A DNA stretch of 64,000 nt, from assembly GCF_004010195.1 (NCBI RefSeq), contig NC_057719.1, forward strand, positions 9,333,804-9,397,803, given 5' to 3'. This document shows, in pieces, positions 24,070 through 37,797 of this stretch; within the stretch, counting starts at the first letter, position 1, and every line of letters starts with the position of its first letter. The notes under the pieces were generated by a model. It was not told the origin of the DNA, searched no databases, and saw only the letters and a list, made by a program, of their open reading frames with translations. Both the position numbers and the translations under genes were made by a program. Source of the stretch: Chiloscyllium plagiosum. Lineage: Eukaryota.

Positions 24070-24908
24070 AAGCCTCCTTAGATACTGAAGCAGTCCATGT
24101 TCAAATGCAGCAAGATCTGATCAGCATCCAGGCTTGGGCTGACAAATGGCAAGTCGCATTCACACCACACAAATGCCAGGCAATTGAAGTCAATCTAAGC
24201 ATTGCACCTTGGCATTCAATGGGATTACAATCACTGAATCCCCTGCTATCAACATCCTTGAGGTTACCATTAACCAAAGACTCACTGGATTTGCCATATG
24301 CATACAGTGGCTACAAAATTAGGTCAGAGGCTATGAATACTGGGATGAGTAACTCACTCCTGACTCCCCAAAGCCTGTCCACCATCTACAAGGCACAAGT
24401 CAGGAGTGTGATGGAATACTCCCCACTTGCCTGGATAGGCGCAGCTTCAACAGCACTCAAGAAACTTGACACCATCCAGGACAAAGCAGCCCCCTTGATT
24501 AGCACTGCATCCACAAATGTCCACTACCTCCACCACCGACACTGAGTAGCAGCAGTGTGTAGTCTCGACAAGACACACAGCAGAGATTCACCAAAGATCC
24601 TTGGACAGCACCTTCCAAATCCACAATTACTTCCATCCAGAAAGACAAGGGGAAGAGATACATCGGAACACCACCACCCACAAGTTCCCCTTCAAGCCAC
24701 CCTGACTTCTATTTCTAAGTTCCTTCATGATTGCTTGGTCACAATTCTGGAATTGCCTCCCTACCAGTACTGTGGGACTGCCTACAGCACAGGGACTGCA
24801 CTGCTTTGAGAAGGCAGCTCGCCACCACCTTCCCAAGGGCAACTAGGGACAGGCAATAAATACTTGCACAATCAGCGATGCCTCTGTCACACAAGAGAAT
24901 TTTTAAAA
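24070..24908 (+). mobile_element. Second CR1/L2-group LINE: RT C-terminus plus 3' UTR
   Basis: QQDL..IQAWADKWQV.F.PHKCQ..LSTIYKAQVRSVMEYSPLAW. Tail aagggcaactagggacaggcaataaat. Confidence 0.85.
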
Positions 24909-25599
24909 ATTGAACTGTTTGGCAAACGTAAAGCATACAGCCAAGAAAACAGGAGAATAGAAAGTTTCCAAATGTCTGCATGATTTACAATTGGGCATTC
25001 CACAGATAATTATTACTCCTCGTGCCTCAATAATTCATTGATGTTTCTGTGATCTACAAATCTTGTCGGATTGTTTCTAATGACAAGAGCTGCCAAATCA
25101 AGGTCACACCTTGATTTGAGTGATTGACTGCTTACATGATTTTTTTGACTCCTGTGCTTAAAACTAGAAAAGGATTATTGCCTTATTCCATTGCCATCTT
25201 AAGGATTGGGACTGCTGTTGGTCTGAACTGTGATTTTGCCGTAAACCTCAATAGCTCTTAACCAGCTCTGCTGAACTGAACTAAATAATCGGAGTTAAAT
25301 GCTATCACTTACACAAAGGGGTTCACAGTCTTCAAATCTATCTTTATCCTGTTAGGCTCAAAGTCTAACTGGAGGATAGAAGCACAGAGATAGTGTTTCA
25401 TCAGGTTGTCAAGGAAGAATAAATTAATTGACTGCCTATTGAGTAAAGGATGAATATTAATGTGATTCTTTTTAATGAGGAATATAAAAATATTGACAGT
25501 GAGCACAATACCGAGATTATTCTGAAAGTGCATCAAACTGGCAAAGGATGTGTTTGTCTGAGGTTGAATAATTTGTCTTTTTCCTTCATTTGATTGACA

Positions 25600-26000
25600 C
25601 GGGCAAGACCAGCATTAGTTACCCATCTCTAAATGCCCTGATCTAGGTGCATTTTGCAGTCATTTCAGGAGGTGGTTAAGAATCAAGCAGATTGCTGTGG
25701 GTCTAGAGCCACAGGAAGGTAATTATGGCAGATTTTCTCTCCTCAAAGACATTAGTGAACCAGGTGGGGTTTTGATAATAGAATCTGTGCAGGCACGATG
25801 GGCAGGATTACTTTATTCTGCACTGTAACAATTCGGTGATTCCGTCAACAATAGCTTCATGGTCACTGTGGTTCTATGTGTTCCCAGCGCCAGATTTCAT
25901 TCATTGAGTTAAAACCCAACCAGCTTATGTGCTGAGATGTGAACCTACGACCTCAGAGAATCGGTCTTGGTCTTTGAATTTCTCACCCTGCAACTTTTCC
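25600..26000 (-). mobile_element. tRNA-type SINE family 2 (degraded)
   Basis: gctgtgggtctagagccaca..ggcagattttctctcctcaaagacattagtgaacc. Confidence 0.65.
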
Positions 26001-26719
26001 ACCCTACTTCCATTTTAATAAACCCGCACTACCTGGTTGCTGGTTAACTTTAAACATCTGTACCATCTTGAGTAAAGTTCTGCCCAATATCCATTTTGGC
26101 TTTAATTTCTACTCAATCTGTCTCTGCTGCTCCCATGCTACCTCAGTGTAATTTACAGATTTGGGAGGTTTGCACTGAATAGGCTTCAATAACTGGGTTC
26201 TTTATATAAAACAGAACACAGCTATAGGTCCAATCCATAATGTCTTCCTGGTTAAAATTAGAACTTCCATTGCACTCTCCACATGCAATATTTTTCTATA
26301 TCCCTGTTATAGAAGGGACATTAACATCTCAAAAAACATAAAGTATTGACTTGCATGGACAATTGAACAACGTGCATTTCGTAAACACCCTTTCAATCAA
26401 ACCTACCAAAGCACTTAAATGTTGAATGACCCACATGAGAAAATAGTGAGGGCTTTATAAAGAGGGAGGCTTTAAGGGTCAAATTAAAGGAGAAAAGAGA
26501 GATGAAGAAGCAGAGAGATTGAAGGAAGAAATTCAAGAGTTTGGGGGTCTTGGAATCTGAAAGCAAAGCCATTGATGTCAAAATGAAATTGGGGACGTAC
26601 AAGAGGTCAGAAATGGAGGAGCGCAGATACCACCAAGGATTTGGAGGAGATTGCAGAGATAAAGAATATTAAAGTGAAATTGTCCATTTGGGTAGGAAGA
26701 ATTTTAAAAAAAGCATGTC

Positions 26720-27390
26720 ATTGAAATGGTGTGGAAATGCTGAGATCTGAGATGTGGAGGGATCTGGGTGTCTGAATGCATGAATCAGAAAAGGTTAGTT
26801 CCAAATGCACAGCAAGTAATTAGGAAAGGTAACAGAATAGTCTTGCTTATCACAAGGGGAACTGAATACACAAATCGGGGCGTTATGATTCAGTTACACA
26901 GCATCTGGAGCTCTGTGTTGGTCATCTCATTGAAGGGAAGGAGCAAAATGGGGTGGAGGCAGTACAGAGAAGCTCAATACCTGGAATGGGTAAGCTATCC
27001 TCTGACAAAGGGGTGGTCAGGCTAGTTCTATATCCATTGAAGCTGAGAAGAGATGACTTATTGAAACATAACAAATCCAGAGAAGTCTTGACAGGTGTTT
27101 CCTTTCATGGGGGAGTCTTGAATTAAGGGGTCACTGTTTAAATATGTGGGATGAGGTGATTTTTTTTCTCTCTCTCAGAGGATCATGAGTCTTTGGAAGA
27201 GTCATCCTGGACATTTGATGGAAGCAGAGTCCCATCAACATTTTTAAGGCAGGTACAGTCAGATTATTGTTAAGTTGGAGGGTGAAAGGTAATTGGAGTA
27301 GGCCGGAATGGAGATTTGAAGTTACAATCAGATATGATCTGATAGAATGGCAGAGGAGGCTCCAAGTGCTGAATGGCCTACTTCTGCTCC
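26720..27390 (+). mobile_element. CR1 LINE 3' fragment
   Basis: QQVIRKGNRIVLLITRGTEY translation plus CR1 tail. Confidence 0.75.
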
Positions 27391-27539
27391 TCACTGATGA
27401 GGCCAAGGAAGAACCTAATTCAAGGGGAAAAAATTTCAGACCGAAACATCGATGGATGGGAAGTTTCGGATTGATTGGAGAAGGGAACAGGAAACTGCAG
27501 TTAGAAACTCTTCAGAGATTGGAACTAACTTTACTGGAA

Positions 27540-28545
27540 CATGAACTAGCCACTTGGATACAGAACTGGCTTGAAGGTAGAAGACACAGGGTGGTGGTGG
27601 AGGGTTGTCTTTCAGACTGGAGGCCTGAGACCAATGAAGTGCCACAAGGATTAGTGCTGGGTCCACTACTTTTCATCATTTATATAAATGATTTGAATGT
27701 GAATATAAGAGGGATAGTTAGTAAGTTTGCAGATGACACTAAAATTGGAGGTGTAGTGGACAGTGAAGAAGATTACCTCAGATTACCTTGATCAGATGGG
27801 CCAATGCGCTGAGGAGTGGCAGATGGAGTTTAATTCAGATAAATTGAGGTGCTGCATTTTGGAAAAGCAAATCACTCATACACTTAATGGTAAGGTTCTG
27901 GGCAGTGTTGCTGAACAAAAGGACCTTGGAGTGCAGGTTCATAGCTCCTTGAAAGTAGAGTCGCAGGTAGATAGGAGAGCGAAGAAGGCGTTTGGTATTC
28001 TTTCCTTTATTGGTCAGAGTATTGAGTATAGGAGTTGGGAGGTCATGTTGCGTTGGGAAGTCTAGAACTAGAGGGCATAGGTTCAGGTTGACAGGGGAAA
28101 GATATAAAAGGGACCTAAGGGGCAACTTTTTCATGCAGAAGGTGGTGCAAGTATGTGATGAGCTGCCAGAGGAAGTGGTGAAGGCTGGTGGAACTCCAGC
28201 ATTTAAAAGGCATCTCGATGAGTATATGAATTGGAAGGGTTTAGATGAATATGGGCTATGTGCCGACAAATTGGACTAGATTAGTTTGGGATAAAAAGGG
28301 ACCTAAGGGGCAACTTTTTCACGCAGAAGGTGGTGCGAGTATGTGATGAGCTGCCAGAGGAAGTGGTGAAGGCTGGTGCAACTCCAGCATTTAAAAGGCA
28401 TCTCGATGAGTATATGAATTGGAAGGGTTTAGATGAATATGGGCCATGTGCTGACAAATTGGACTAGATTAGTTTGGGATATCTGGTCAGCATGGACAAG
28501 TTGGACCGAAGGGTCTGTTTCCATGCTGTAGAGCTCTATGACTTT
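27540..28545 (+). mobile_element. HER1/CR1 LINE RT fragment with internal 188-bp tandem duplication
   Basis: WIQNWL..RVVVEG..VPQGLVLGPLLFIIYINDL..SKFADDTKIGG. Confidence 0.92.
28106..28481 (+). repeat. Tandem duplication, 2 x 188 bp
   Basis: Units 28106-28293 and 28294-28481, 5 differences by eye. Confidence 0.9.
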
Positions 28546-28684
28546 ATGTAAGATGAACAAATTTAAATGAAGAACAGTACATATCAAGAACAGACCCTTT
28601 GGCTCAGGAAGACTGTGCTGACACATGATGTCTTTTGAAATTGAAAATCTTTTGCCTCGACACAGTCCAAATCTCCCTATTTGC

Positions 28685-29352
28685 TGCCTATTCATGGAAC
28701 GGCGGTATATTTCTGAGTCAGGGTGGTGAGTGGTTCGGAGGGGACCTTGCAGGTTGTATTGTTCCCAAGTTCCTGCTGTCCTTGGCCTTCTATGTGGAAG
28801 TGGTCGTGGGTTTGGAAAGTGCTGTCTAAGAACCTTTGATGAATTTCTGCAGTGCGTCTTGTAGATTGTACACACTGCTGCTACTGAGCACCAGTGGTGG
28901 AGGTTTGTAGACGTGGTGCCAATCAAGCGGGTTGCTTTGTCCTGGATGGTGTCAAGCTTCTTGAGTATTGTTGGAGCTGAACCCACCCAGACAAGTCGGG
29001 AGTATTCCATCACACTCCTGACTTGTGCCTTTGTTGATGGTAGGTAGACTTTGGGGTGTCAGGAGGTGAGTTACTCGCCGCAGTATCCCTAGTCTCTGAC
29101 CTGCTCTTGCAGCCACTGTGTTTATGTGGTGAGTCCAGTTGAGTTTCTGGTCAACAATAACCCCAAGGATGTTGATAGTGGGGGTTTCAGTGATGGGAAT
29201 ACCATTAAATGTCAAGGGTCAGTGGTTAGAATGTCTCTTATTGGTGATGGCCATTGTCTGGCATTTATGTAGCATGAATGTTACTTGCCACTTGTCAGCC
29301 CAAGTCTAGATATTGTCCAGATCTTGTTGCATTTGAGCACGGACAGCTTCAG
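28685..29352 (-). mobile_element. Second CR1/L2-group LINE RT C-terminal fragment
   Basis: INILGVIVDQKLNWTHHIN..RLGILRR; MEYS.L.W..LKKLDTIQDKA. Confidence 0.85.
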
Positions 29353-30324
29353 TACCTGTGGGCTAAATTACTGCATACCTGGCAAACATGGACAAATATT
29401 TAAAGCAGACAAAGATATTGGACACAGGAGAACAGTGCATTTCTTTTTGCAGGACTCTTTTGCTGGTTCAGGTGATCTATTTTGGTATTGAAAAAAATTC
29501 AAAAGTTCTATGGTTCTAGCAGAGTAGACAAAGATAGACAGGACAAACTGTCTGAGGAACATTGAAGAAGGAATATCAAAACAATCAGCCCTTGGAAATA
29601 TGTTGAAGCAAGTCGACAAATTCAGCTTTGTGAAGCTGATCCAATACCTGAGATAACTAGTCAGGAGTGTGCCCAGGGTAGTTAATAATAACTATCCCTT
29701 GTTTCATTTGCAGAACAAGTACATTACATTCACCTTCCATTTAACAATTCCAGTGAGAATGGATGTGGTTTAAATCTCCATATCACAGATACATTTCCTC
29801 TGTTACAGAATTAATTCTGATCTTGGTTTACAAGTAGCAAGATTTCCCACGCATGCAAATATTTTTAGTCAAAGTTTCATTGGCACATGAAAAGCTGATA
29901 GAATGGATGTCGAACGGCTTACTGTTTAATTACAATTTGCAATTACAATTACAATTTAAACTACAATTTGCTGCTTTACATACATTCCCATTTCTCCTTC
30001 TGCCATTTCAGTTTGGGATCAGTCTCCATCTCTGGAAGAGAAATTGTTGGCGTGGACCAGATTATTGCAGAGTCGGGACGTTGTTTTGTGCTTTCATAGG
30101 ATGTGGGTATAAGTGGCAAGGTCAGCATTCATTGTTTCTCACTAAATGTCCCTGTACTAAGTGGCATGCTACAGCCATATCTTGGGGCAAATGGCAGTGT
30201 ACCATGTTACTGTGATTGCAGTGTCACGTGTCAGCTAGATGATTTAAAGATGGCAGATTTTCTTCCCTCAAGGACATCAATGAACCCAGTGGATTTTTGA
30301 TCTAAATTGCCAACTGAAATGTAG

Positions 30325-30600
30325 AAAACAGGAATGGGGTGGGCCATTCGGCCCTTCAAACCTGCTGGAGTATTCAATATGATCATGGCTGATCATCCAA
30401 CTCAGTATCATATTTCCAATTTCTTCCCATAAACTTTGATCCTTTCAGCCCTAACACCTATATCTAACTCCTTCTTGAAAACATTCAATGCTTTGGCCTC
30501 AACCACTTCTTGTGGCAAAGAATTCCACAGGCCTTCTCTGGGTGAAGAAAGTCCTCCTCAACTCAATCCTAAATGGTCTTCTCCATGTCCTGACACTATA
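30325..30600 (-). mobile_element. CR1 LINE 3' tail
   Basis: ggccattcggcccttcaaacctgct..atgatcatggctgatc. Confidence 0.75.
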
Positions 30601-30632
30601 ACCACATTTTGGATTAGTGGTGCTGGAAGAGC

Positions 30633-31132
30633 NNNNNNNNNNNNNNNNNNNNNNNNNNNNNNNNNNNNNNNNNNNNNNNNNNNNNNNNNNNNNNNNNNNN
30701 NNNNNNNNNNNNNNNNNNNNNNNNNNNNNNNNNNNNNNNNNNNNNNNNNNNNNNNNNNNNNNNNNNNNNNNNNNNNNNNNNNNNNNNNNNNNNNNNNNNN
30801 NNNNNNNNNNNNNNNNNNNNNNNNNNNNNNNNNNNNNNNNNNNNNNNNNNNNNNNNNNNNNNNNNNNNNNNNNNNNNNNNNNNNNNNNNNNNNNNNNNNN
30901 NNNNNNNNNNNNNNNNNNNNNNNNNNNNNNNNNNNNNNNNNNNNNNNNNNNNNNNNNNNNNNNNNNNNNNNNNNNNNNNNNNNNNNNNNNNNNNNNNNNN
31001 NNNNNNNNNNNNNNNNNNNNNNNNNNNNNNNNNNNNNNNNNNNNNNNNNNNNNNNNNNNNNNNNNNNNNNNNNNNNNNNNNNNNNNNNNNNNNNNNNNNN
31101 NNNNNNNNNNNNNNNNNNNNNNNNNNNNNNNN
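30633..31132. other. Assembly gap (500 N)
   Basis: Run of n. Confidence 1.
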
Positions 31133-31139
31133 AAGAAAT

Positions 31140-31860
31140 GCTGTTTGTTAAAGATGGTAAATAGTATGTGAGAAATAAAACAATCTAACATAGCAAACCC
31201 CTAATGACTGGAGAAGCACAGTGATACAGCTCTTCGGGAAGATAGGAACAATGGAATCCGAAAACAGTACAACTAAATAAACACAATACCATTGAGTGTG
31301 GTCCCAAGGAAGTTATGTCAAGGTTGCAATATTTATCTAAGCCTGCAAAAAACATAAAACCTAACAGTGGGGAGTTGTAGGGGCAAGTTAGAATGCTACC
31401 ATGTTGACAGAAACATAGTGGGACTGGGAAATAAATATTCCCAACTTAGGAATTTTGGGGAAAGAGGAAGAAGGAAAATATGAAGAATTCCTTGCTAAGG
31501 AAGGACAAAAGTCACAGCCATAGGAAAGGGTTATATTGAAGGAATGGGCATACTGCTTCTGTTGTAAGGGAGTACACTATAAATTTCTAAGTACCAGAAA
31601 TGGAGGTTTGCAAGTAGTTACCAGGATACCATAATAGGAAGTTATGAATAGCTTGAGTCACCTTAGGATAACACTGAAGTTTATAGCCAAAAATAGGTGG
31701 GGGAGTCCAGTGGTTAAAGAAAGAGTGCGGGATTGGTGTCTGAATTGGTAGTTCCCATGGAGAACAAATGGCGATGTAGTGCAAGACTTAGTTCTGGGTA
31801 ATGAAGCAGGACAAGTGGACAATGGGGATGCAGAAACAGGGAGATGTGAGTTCGCACACA
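31140..31860 (+). mobile_element. Old CR1 endonuclease-region remnant
   Basis: Degenerate W.INIP.. and ..DLVLGNEAGQV motifs. Confidence 0.5.
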
Positions 31861-31879
31861 TAAGATGCAGTTAAACTTG

Positions 31880-32350
31880 AGTGGGTGTGAAACAGATTTA
31901 CAATGATGTTGCCGGGATTGGAGGGTTTGAACAGGAAGAGGATGAATAGACTGGGGCTCTTTTCACCCTTGGAACTTCAGAGGTCGAGAGGTGACATTAT
32001 AGAGGTTTACAGAATCATAACGGGGCATGGACAGGCAGGATCCTTATCCGAGGGTAGGGGAGTCCAAAACTAGAGGGCATGGATTAAGGTAAGAGGGGAA
32101 AGATTTAAAAGGGACCTGAGGGGTAATGTTTTCATACAGAGGGTGGTGCATGTATGGAATGTGCTGCCAGAGGCAGTGGTGGAGTCTGGTACAATTACAA
32201 TATTCCAAAGGCATTTGGATAGTTTAAGAATACAAAGGGTTTAGAGGAATATGGGCTAAGTCATAGCAAATGGAACGCGGTCAGATTGGGATATCTGGTC
32301 AGTGCGGGCACGTTGGACAGAAGGGCCTGTTTCTGTGCTGTCTGACTCAA
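31880..32350 (+). mobile_element. HER1/CR1 LINE 3' fragment
   Basis: Homologous to other HER1 ends. Confidence 0.8.
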
Positions 32351-32674
32351 TCTCTGAAGAAGGCATGGCAGATTGAGAAGGCTGTTGAAGAAGCAGACAG
32401 CACCCTGAGCTTTGGAAGCTGTGGCATAAGTACGATTGAAAACTTAATGAGTCAGGTACAGTATGGCCATTGCTGGATTGACTGAATCTGATTCTGGGTT
32501 TCAGGGGAAAGTCAAGGGATTGGAGAGACTGCAGAAGTGACTTTTTACAATGTTCCAAAAGGGAAAGGGACAGATGTGTGAAGGACCTATAGAAACAGAG
32601 ATTGTTCACGGCAGAGCGGATCAGACTGAGGGGACATTTAACTCAGTTGTTCAAAACCATGCTGTGTGAGATGG

Positions 32675-33400
32675 AGGGGAAGGAGGCTGGAAGAACACAG
32701 CAAGCCAGGCAGCATCAGGAGGTGGAGAAGTCAATGTTTTGGGTGTGAGCCTTCTTCAGCACTAGGGTGGGTTTGGGGGGAGCTGCAGATAAAGGGGGTG
32801 GAAGGGGCAGGGTGATGAAGTGGGGATAGGTGAAGAGAGGGAGAGGGTATGACCTGATTGGTCAGTGAGAGAAATGAATCCAGTTGGTGGCAGGGAGTAA
32901 TGGAAGGGAGAGGGAGGGGCTGTGAAAGGAAGTTATTTGAAATTGGAGAACGGTGGCACGGTGGCTCAGTGGTTAGCACTGCTGCCTCACAGTGCCAGGG
33001 ACCCGGGTTCAATTCCCACCTTGGGCAACTGTTTGTGTAGAGTTTGCACAATCTCCCCGTGTCTGCATTGGTTTCCTCCTGGTGCTCCGGTTTCCTCCCA
33101 CAGTCCAAAGATGTGCAGGTCAGGTGAATTGGCCATGCTAAATTGCCCATAGTGCTAGGTGCGTTAGTCAGGGGTAAATATAGGGTAGGGGAATGGGTTT
33201 GGGTGGGTTTCTCTTCGGAGGGGCAGTGTGGACTTGTTGGGCTGAAGGGCCTGTTTCCACACTGTAGAGAATCTAATCGAGTCTCAATGTTGAGTCCTCC
33301 ATGTGGAAGATGAGGTGTTGTTCCTCCAATTTGCGGTGCGGCAATGGAAGAGGCCAAGGATGGTCTTGTTGGAAAGGGGATTTTGTTGGCTGTTTGGTCA
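32675..33400 (-). mobile_element. Penelope-like element 3' fragment (family D terminus), split by HE1
   Basis: Reverse terminal repeat at 32675-32765 and body ..ttgaaattggagaac|tcaatgttgagtcc. Confidence 0.75.
32952..33279 (+). mobile_element. HE1-type V-SINE
   Basis: Full-length copy. Confidence 0.92.
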
Positions 33401-33699
33401 GGGTTAGTCACCACCGAATACGGAATGTGGATAGCTGCAATAAAGTGTCAGAAGTCGGGTGGGGGAAGATGACGATTTTTTTTCATTATGATCTGGAAAG
33501 CACTGCATGTAAGGCAGATGTTACTCTTCTATCTGTTCCATCCAAGAGCAAATTCAATAAATGTTTGGAAAGGGGAAACTTGAAGGGGTATTGAGAAAGA
33601 GCAGGGAGTGGGAGCTCTTTGAAAGAGGCATGAGTATTGAATGGTCTCCTCTTGCACTATATACAATTCGATGACAAGTAAGTAATCTGTAGGTAGATG

Positions 33700-34345
33700 A
33701 TCACTTGGGAGATAGGGACCATGACTTAACAGGGTTCACAATGAAAGCAGATAAAAGGGAGTGAAAAAGATAATTTGTAGTCAACATAAAGGGAAATAAC
33801 CAAGAAGTAATAGGATACTCAAAGCAAAGGTGCAACAAAGGAGGTTGTCAGAATAGCAGTGATACTTAATAAGCATCTTGCAAATGTTTTTACAGAGGAG
33901 GTTGGGAATGATACTGTAGGTGTTACCCGAGGCGGATGGTAAAGAGCAGCTGCTGGAGATAAACATACAAAAAGAAACTGCAATAAGGAACATAATCATA
34001 TCAAAACTAGAAAAGGCAACAGATCCAAAATGGTGTGCATACTGGGGACTGACTGTGACAGTACAAAATCCTTTGCAAAGGGGAGTTAAAGACCAGGAAA
34101 TTGTTCGAGCCTTGTTCAACAAAGAGATAACTGAGGAAACTATATACTCATTATTTTCACTTCAGTTATGAGTAGTCCTCAGTGTTATACAACACAAGGT
34201 GACATTTGCAAAGTCATCAAGTCATCCATGATTTGTAAAAGGAACACTGTTCCAGACTAATTCAATTCACTTTTCCGAAGAAGAAGCAGATAATATGGGC
34301 CAAGAAATGCACTGGTCGTGATCGAGATGGAGTTTTCGGACATGT
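33700..34345 (+). mobile_element. Highly degraded CR1 ORF2 remnant
   Basis: Residual TN.I.F.EE..VI.M.F-like motif at about 34255-34340. Confidence 0.4.
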
Positions 34346-36282
34346 TATAGGTTTCAATCTACTGCCCATCACACCACCACCTCCTGTCCCCCAGCTTCAT
34401 AAAAACTGCTGAACGTACTGGGGAAAAGAGTTTCATTGACTCTGTCCCAGCCCAGAGAGAAGCAGCCTGCACTGATAGGCACATACATTTAGCTTTCATT
34501 CTTCAATTGATGTAGATTACACTGGTTCCGTGTGGACGTGATGGGCTGAATGGCCTACTTCTAAACTGCAGGAATTCTATGATCCCAGGAATTTGAGATT
34601 ACTTTTCAATGGGGAGGAGTTTGAAGTGATACATTTTGGTAGAGAGAAACATGGCGGCGCAGTATTAAAAAAGGGGAAGTGGCAAAGGTACAGATTCAGG
34701 AATATCATTAGTACAGTACATAGGAAAGTAGAAAAATTTTCTGGAAACGAAAGATCACCAGATTCAAAATATCATTTAAAGAAGAAATGGGAAGTAGAAA
34801 AGCAGACAGGCAAATGGGTTTCCAGTTGCTCCATTTAAGGAGCTAGAATTGGATGACCATAAAAGCTTTGTGGAATAATACAACACCAGAAGAGGCTATT
34901 ATTCCAACCAATCCATTCTTTCATCTTAGCCACCCTTTGTATGCTCAATTTTTTTGATAATTTGAAAATGTGGAAAGTGACTCCATAGAAGTCATCAATG
35001 CTTTAGGTCCTCGAAGGTCGTCCCTTGTCCGAATGCTGGAAGGTAGTGTGGCCCTGGAAAGCATCACACTCCTTGGCCCTCCCTAACAGAGCAAAATAAC
35101 CAGAAAGCAAGATGAGGAGAAGCCTTATCACGAAGATGATCTGAAATATGCCGGTGACAATGGTGGGGGAGAAAAGACTCAACAATAACTTTCAAAAGGG
35201 GTTTGGTTCAATGGTTGACATGGTGGAAGATTGGATCGATCCTTGCAGAGGCTTGATGGACTGAAAAGCCTCCATTGTCTGGATTTTTACAAGTGTTTTC
35301 TCACTGTATGATGTTCACGGTAACACAGGGTTTATCGACTTATCATCTTTTACACTATTCAAATGGTTGGTTGCTGTCTGACACTTGGGATCAGCAGAAA
35401 AGGTACCATCTGCCCCACTTCCAATAAGGGAAGTCTGCTGGGGTGTACCTAATAACAATTAGGGGTAGCTAAACCTGCTAATACAAATAAATCCTAATGC
35501 CACTGAACCAGCCCATCAGGAATTCTGTTATTAGACTCAATCTAAAGCCATATTTTGCTGATCGAAACTCTGTTTTGCATACTTGCTCCACTGTGGTGCC
35601 TTTTTGATTTAAAGTGGACAAATCCACTGGAAATTTCTTTCACAATTAACATCTTGTCTCGCTGAACTGCATTAGGGAAGAAAATACAGTCCAATTTGTA
35701 TTGTAATAGGATGGAGCATTAACTCCACACCACAAGCAGTGGGCAATTGCAACTCATGCAATTGTCTCACTTATATCACCTCCATTTCACTCATTATCAC
35801 TGATTGCATAGATCCTTTCACTCGCTCAGTCCTTTTCAGTATACTTGGCAGCTCTCAGCTGAATTGGCTGCAAATAGAATTTAAATGATTTTTACTTTGA
35901 TTCTCATTTGGGGTGATCTGTGCCTTTGTTATTTTGAGACTGTGTACTATTCTAATGTGCTCCTAACCAGTATTACACATTTGAATCTCCAAAATCTAAA
36001 CTCTGCTTCCCATGTCCAAACTAAGTTCTGGTCATCCACTACCTCTTTCTGACATACACTGGGCTCCTGGTTAGAAACTGTACCGCAGTTTTGAAATACT
36101 CATGCTTGCTTACAAAGCCCTCCATTGTTTTGCCCCTTCAATATCACTGCAATCACCCCCGAGTTTCCAAGAAATCAGCAATCCTCCACTTCTGGCCTCT
36201 CAATCATTTCCATTGTTCTACCATTGTTAGCTGTGTTTTCAGCTGCTAAGGTCTGAAGGTCAGAATTCCCTTCCCATATTGG

Positions 36283-37200
36283 AGCGGCCCCCAAGGATGC
36301 ATTCTCAGCCTCCTATTGTACTCCCTGTACACCCATGACTGTGTAGCCAATGCTATCCACAAGTTTGCTGACCAACACCACCATGGTAGGACAGATATCA
36401 AACAATGATGGGTCAGAATGGAGAAAGGAGATAGACTGCTTGGTGTCATGATGTAATAACAATCTCCCTCTCAATGTCTAACTGGTCACCGACTTCAGGA
36501 AGAAAAGAGGAGGACATGCCCCTGTCTACATTCATGGGAACTGAGGTGGAGAGGGTCGAGAGCATCAAGTTCCTAGGAGTGACGATAACTGGCATCCTGT
36601 CCTGGACTTCCCATGGAGATGCACCCCAGTCAAGAAGGCACAACAATGCCTCTTCTTCCTCAGGCAGCTCAGGAAATTTGGCATGTCCACAAGGATCCTC
36701 ACCAACTTCTACAGATGCACCATGGAAAGCATGGCCTGGATTGGAAACTGTTCTGGCCAGGATTGTCGGAAACTCCAGAAGGTTGTCCCCAGACCGATAC
36801 ACAAGCCAACCTCCCATCATGGAATCTATTTACACTTCTCGTTGCTGTGGAAAGGCTGCCAACATCATCAAAGACCTCTCCCACCCCTGTAATGCTCTCC
36901 TACGACCTCTTCCATCAGGCAGAATATACAAAACACACGCACCAACAGGTTCAAGAAGAGCTTCTTCCCTGCTGTTATGAGACTGATGAATGGACTCTCT
37001 AACTTCAAATGGTGTTGATTTTACTGATGTTGGTCTAGCTTTGAGCACCTCTGTGCAACTTTAACCTTGTATACTTTGATCAGTCTATGCTCCCTATGAT
37101 CTGCATACCCTTCTTTCCTATGATCTGCCTGTCCTGCTTGCAAAACAAAGCTTTTCACTGTACTTAGGTACATGTAACTACAAGAAATTAAATTAAATCA
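36283..37200 (+). mobile_element. Rex1/Babar-clade LINE RT fragment plus 3' UTR
   Basis: PQGCILSLLLYSLYTHDC..KFAD.TT.VG.I; EVERVESIKFLGVTI. Confidence 0.85.
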
Positions 37201-37202
37201 AT

Positions 37203-37465
37203 GAGGTGTGACCTTAGAGGTGTATTAAATCATGAGGGGCATAGATAGGGTAAATAGACAAGGTCTTTTCCCTGGGGTGGGGGAGTCTAGAACTAGAGAG
37301 GATCAGTTTAAGGTGAGAGTGGAAAAAATTAAAAGGGACCTAAGTGGCAATTTTTCCACGCAGAGGGTGGTGCATGTATGGAATGAGCTGCCAGAGGAAG
37401 GCATCTGGATGGCTATATGAATAGATAGGGTTTAGAGAAATATGGACCAAGTGCTGGCAAATGGG
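37203..37465 (+). mobile_element. HER1/CR1 3' fragment
   Basis: MRGIDRVN..SRTR..QRVVHVWNELPEE. Confidence 0.8.
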
Positions 37466-37509
37466 TCTATTTACCCTATTCATTCCCCTCGTGATTTTAT
37501 AGACATCCA

Positions 37510-37797
37510 GCATCTCATCTTCCTGGCTGACGATCATCAACCCCTTTGTCCACCTCCTCTTTCTCTCTCTTTCAGAGCTCTGTCTCCACCTACCCATTCC
37601 CTCCTTTCTCCCCAGTCTCCATCATCAGCACACATATAACCTTTCTTTAGCTGCTATCAGTTCTGAAGAAGGGTCATTGGATCCAGAACATTAACTTTGA
37701 GTCTCTTTTTCATAGGTGTTGCCAGATGGGCTGAGTTTCCCCAGCAATTTCTGTTTTTGCTCATTTCAGATCTCAAGCATCTGCAGTTCTTTGTTTT
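37510..37797 (+). mobile_element. PLE 3' end (family C) with hammerhead motif
   Basis: agtt-CTGAAGA(37663)-a-gggtc-attg-gatcc-agaa-catt-aact. Confidence 0.7.

Noticed and set aside
23964..29215. RT-like ORFs as intact genes
   Set aside because: Frameshifted, truncated LINE fragments.
30436..31191. Longest ORFs in the track (184-242 aa)
   Set aside because: They read through the N gap.
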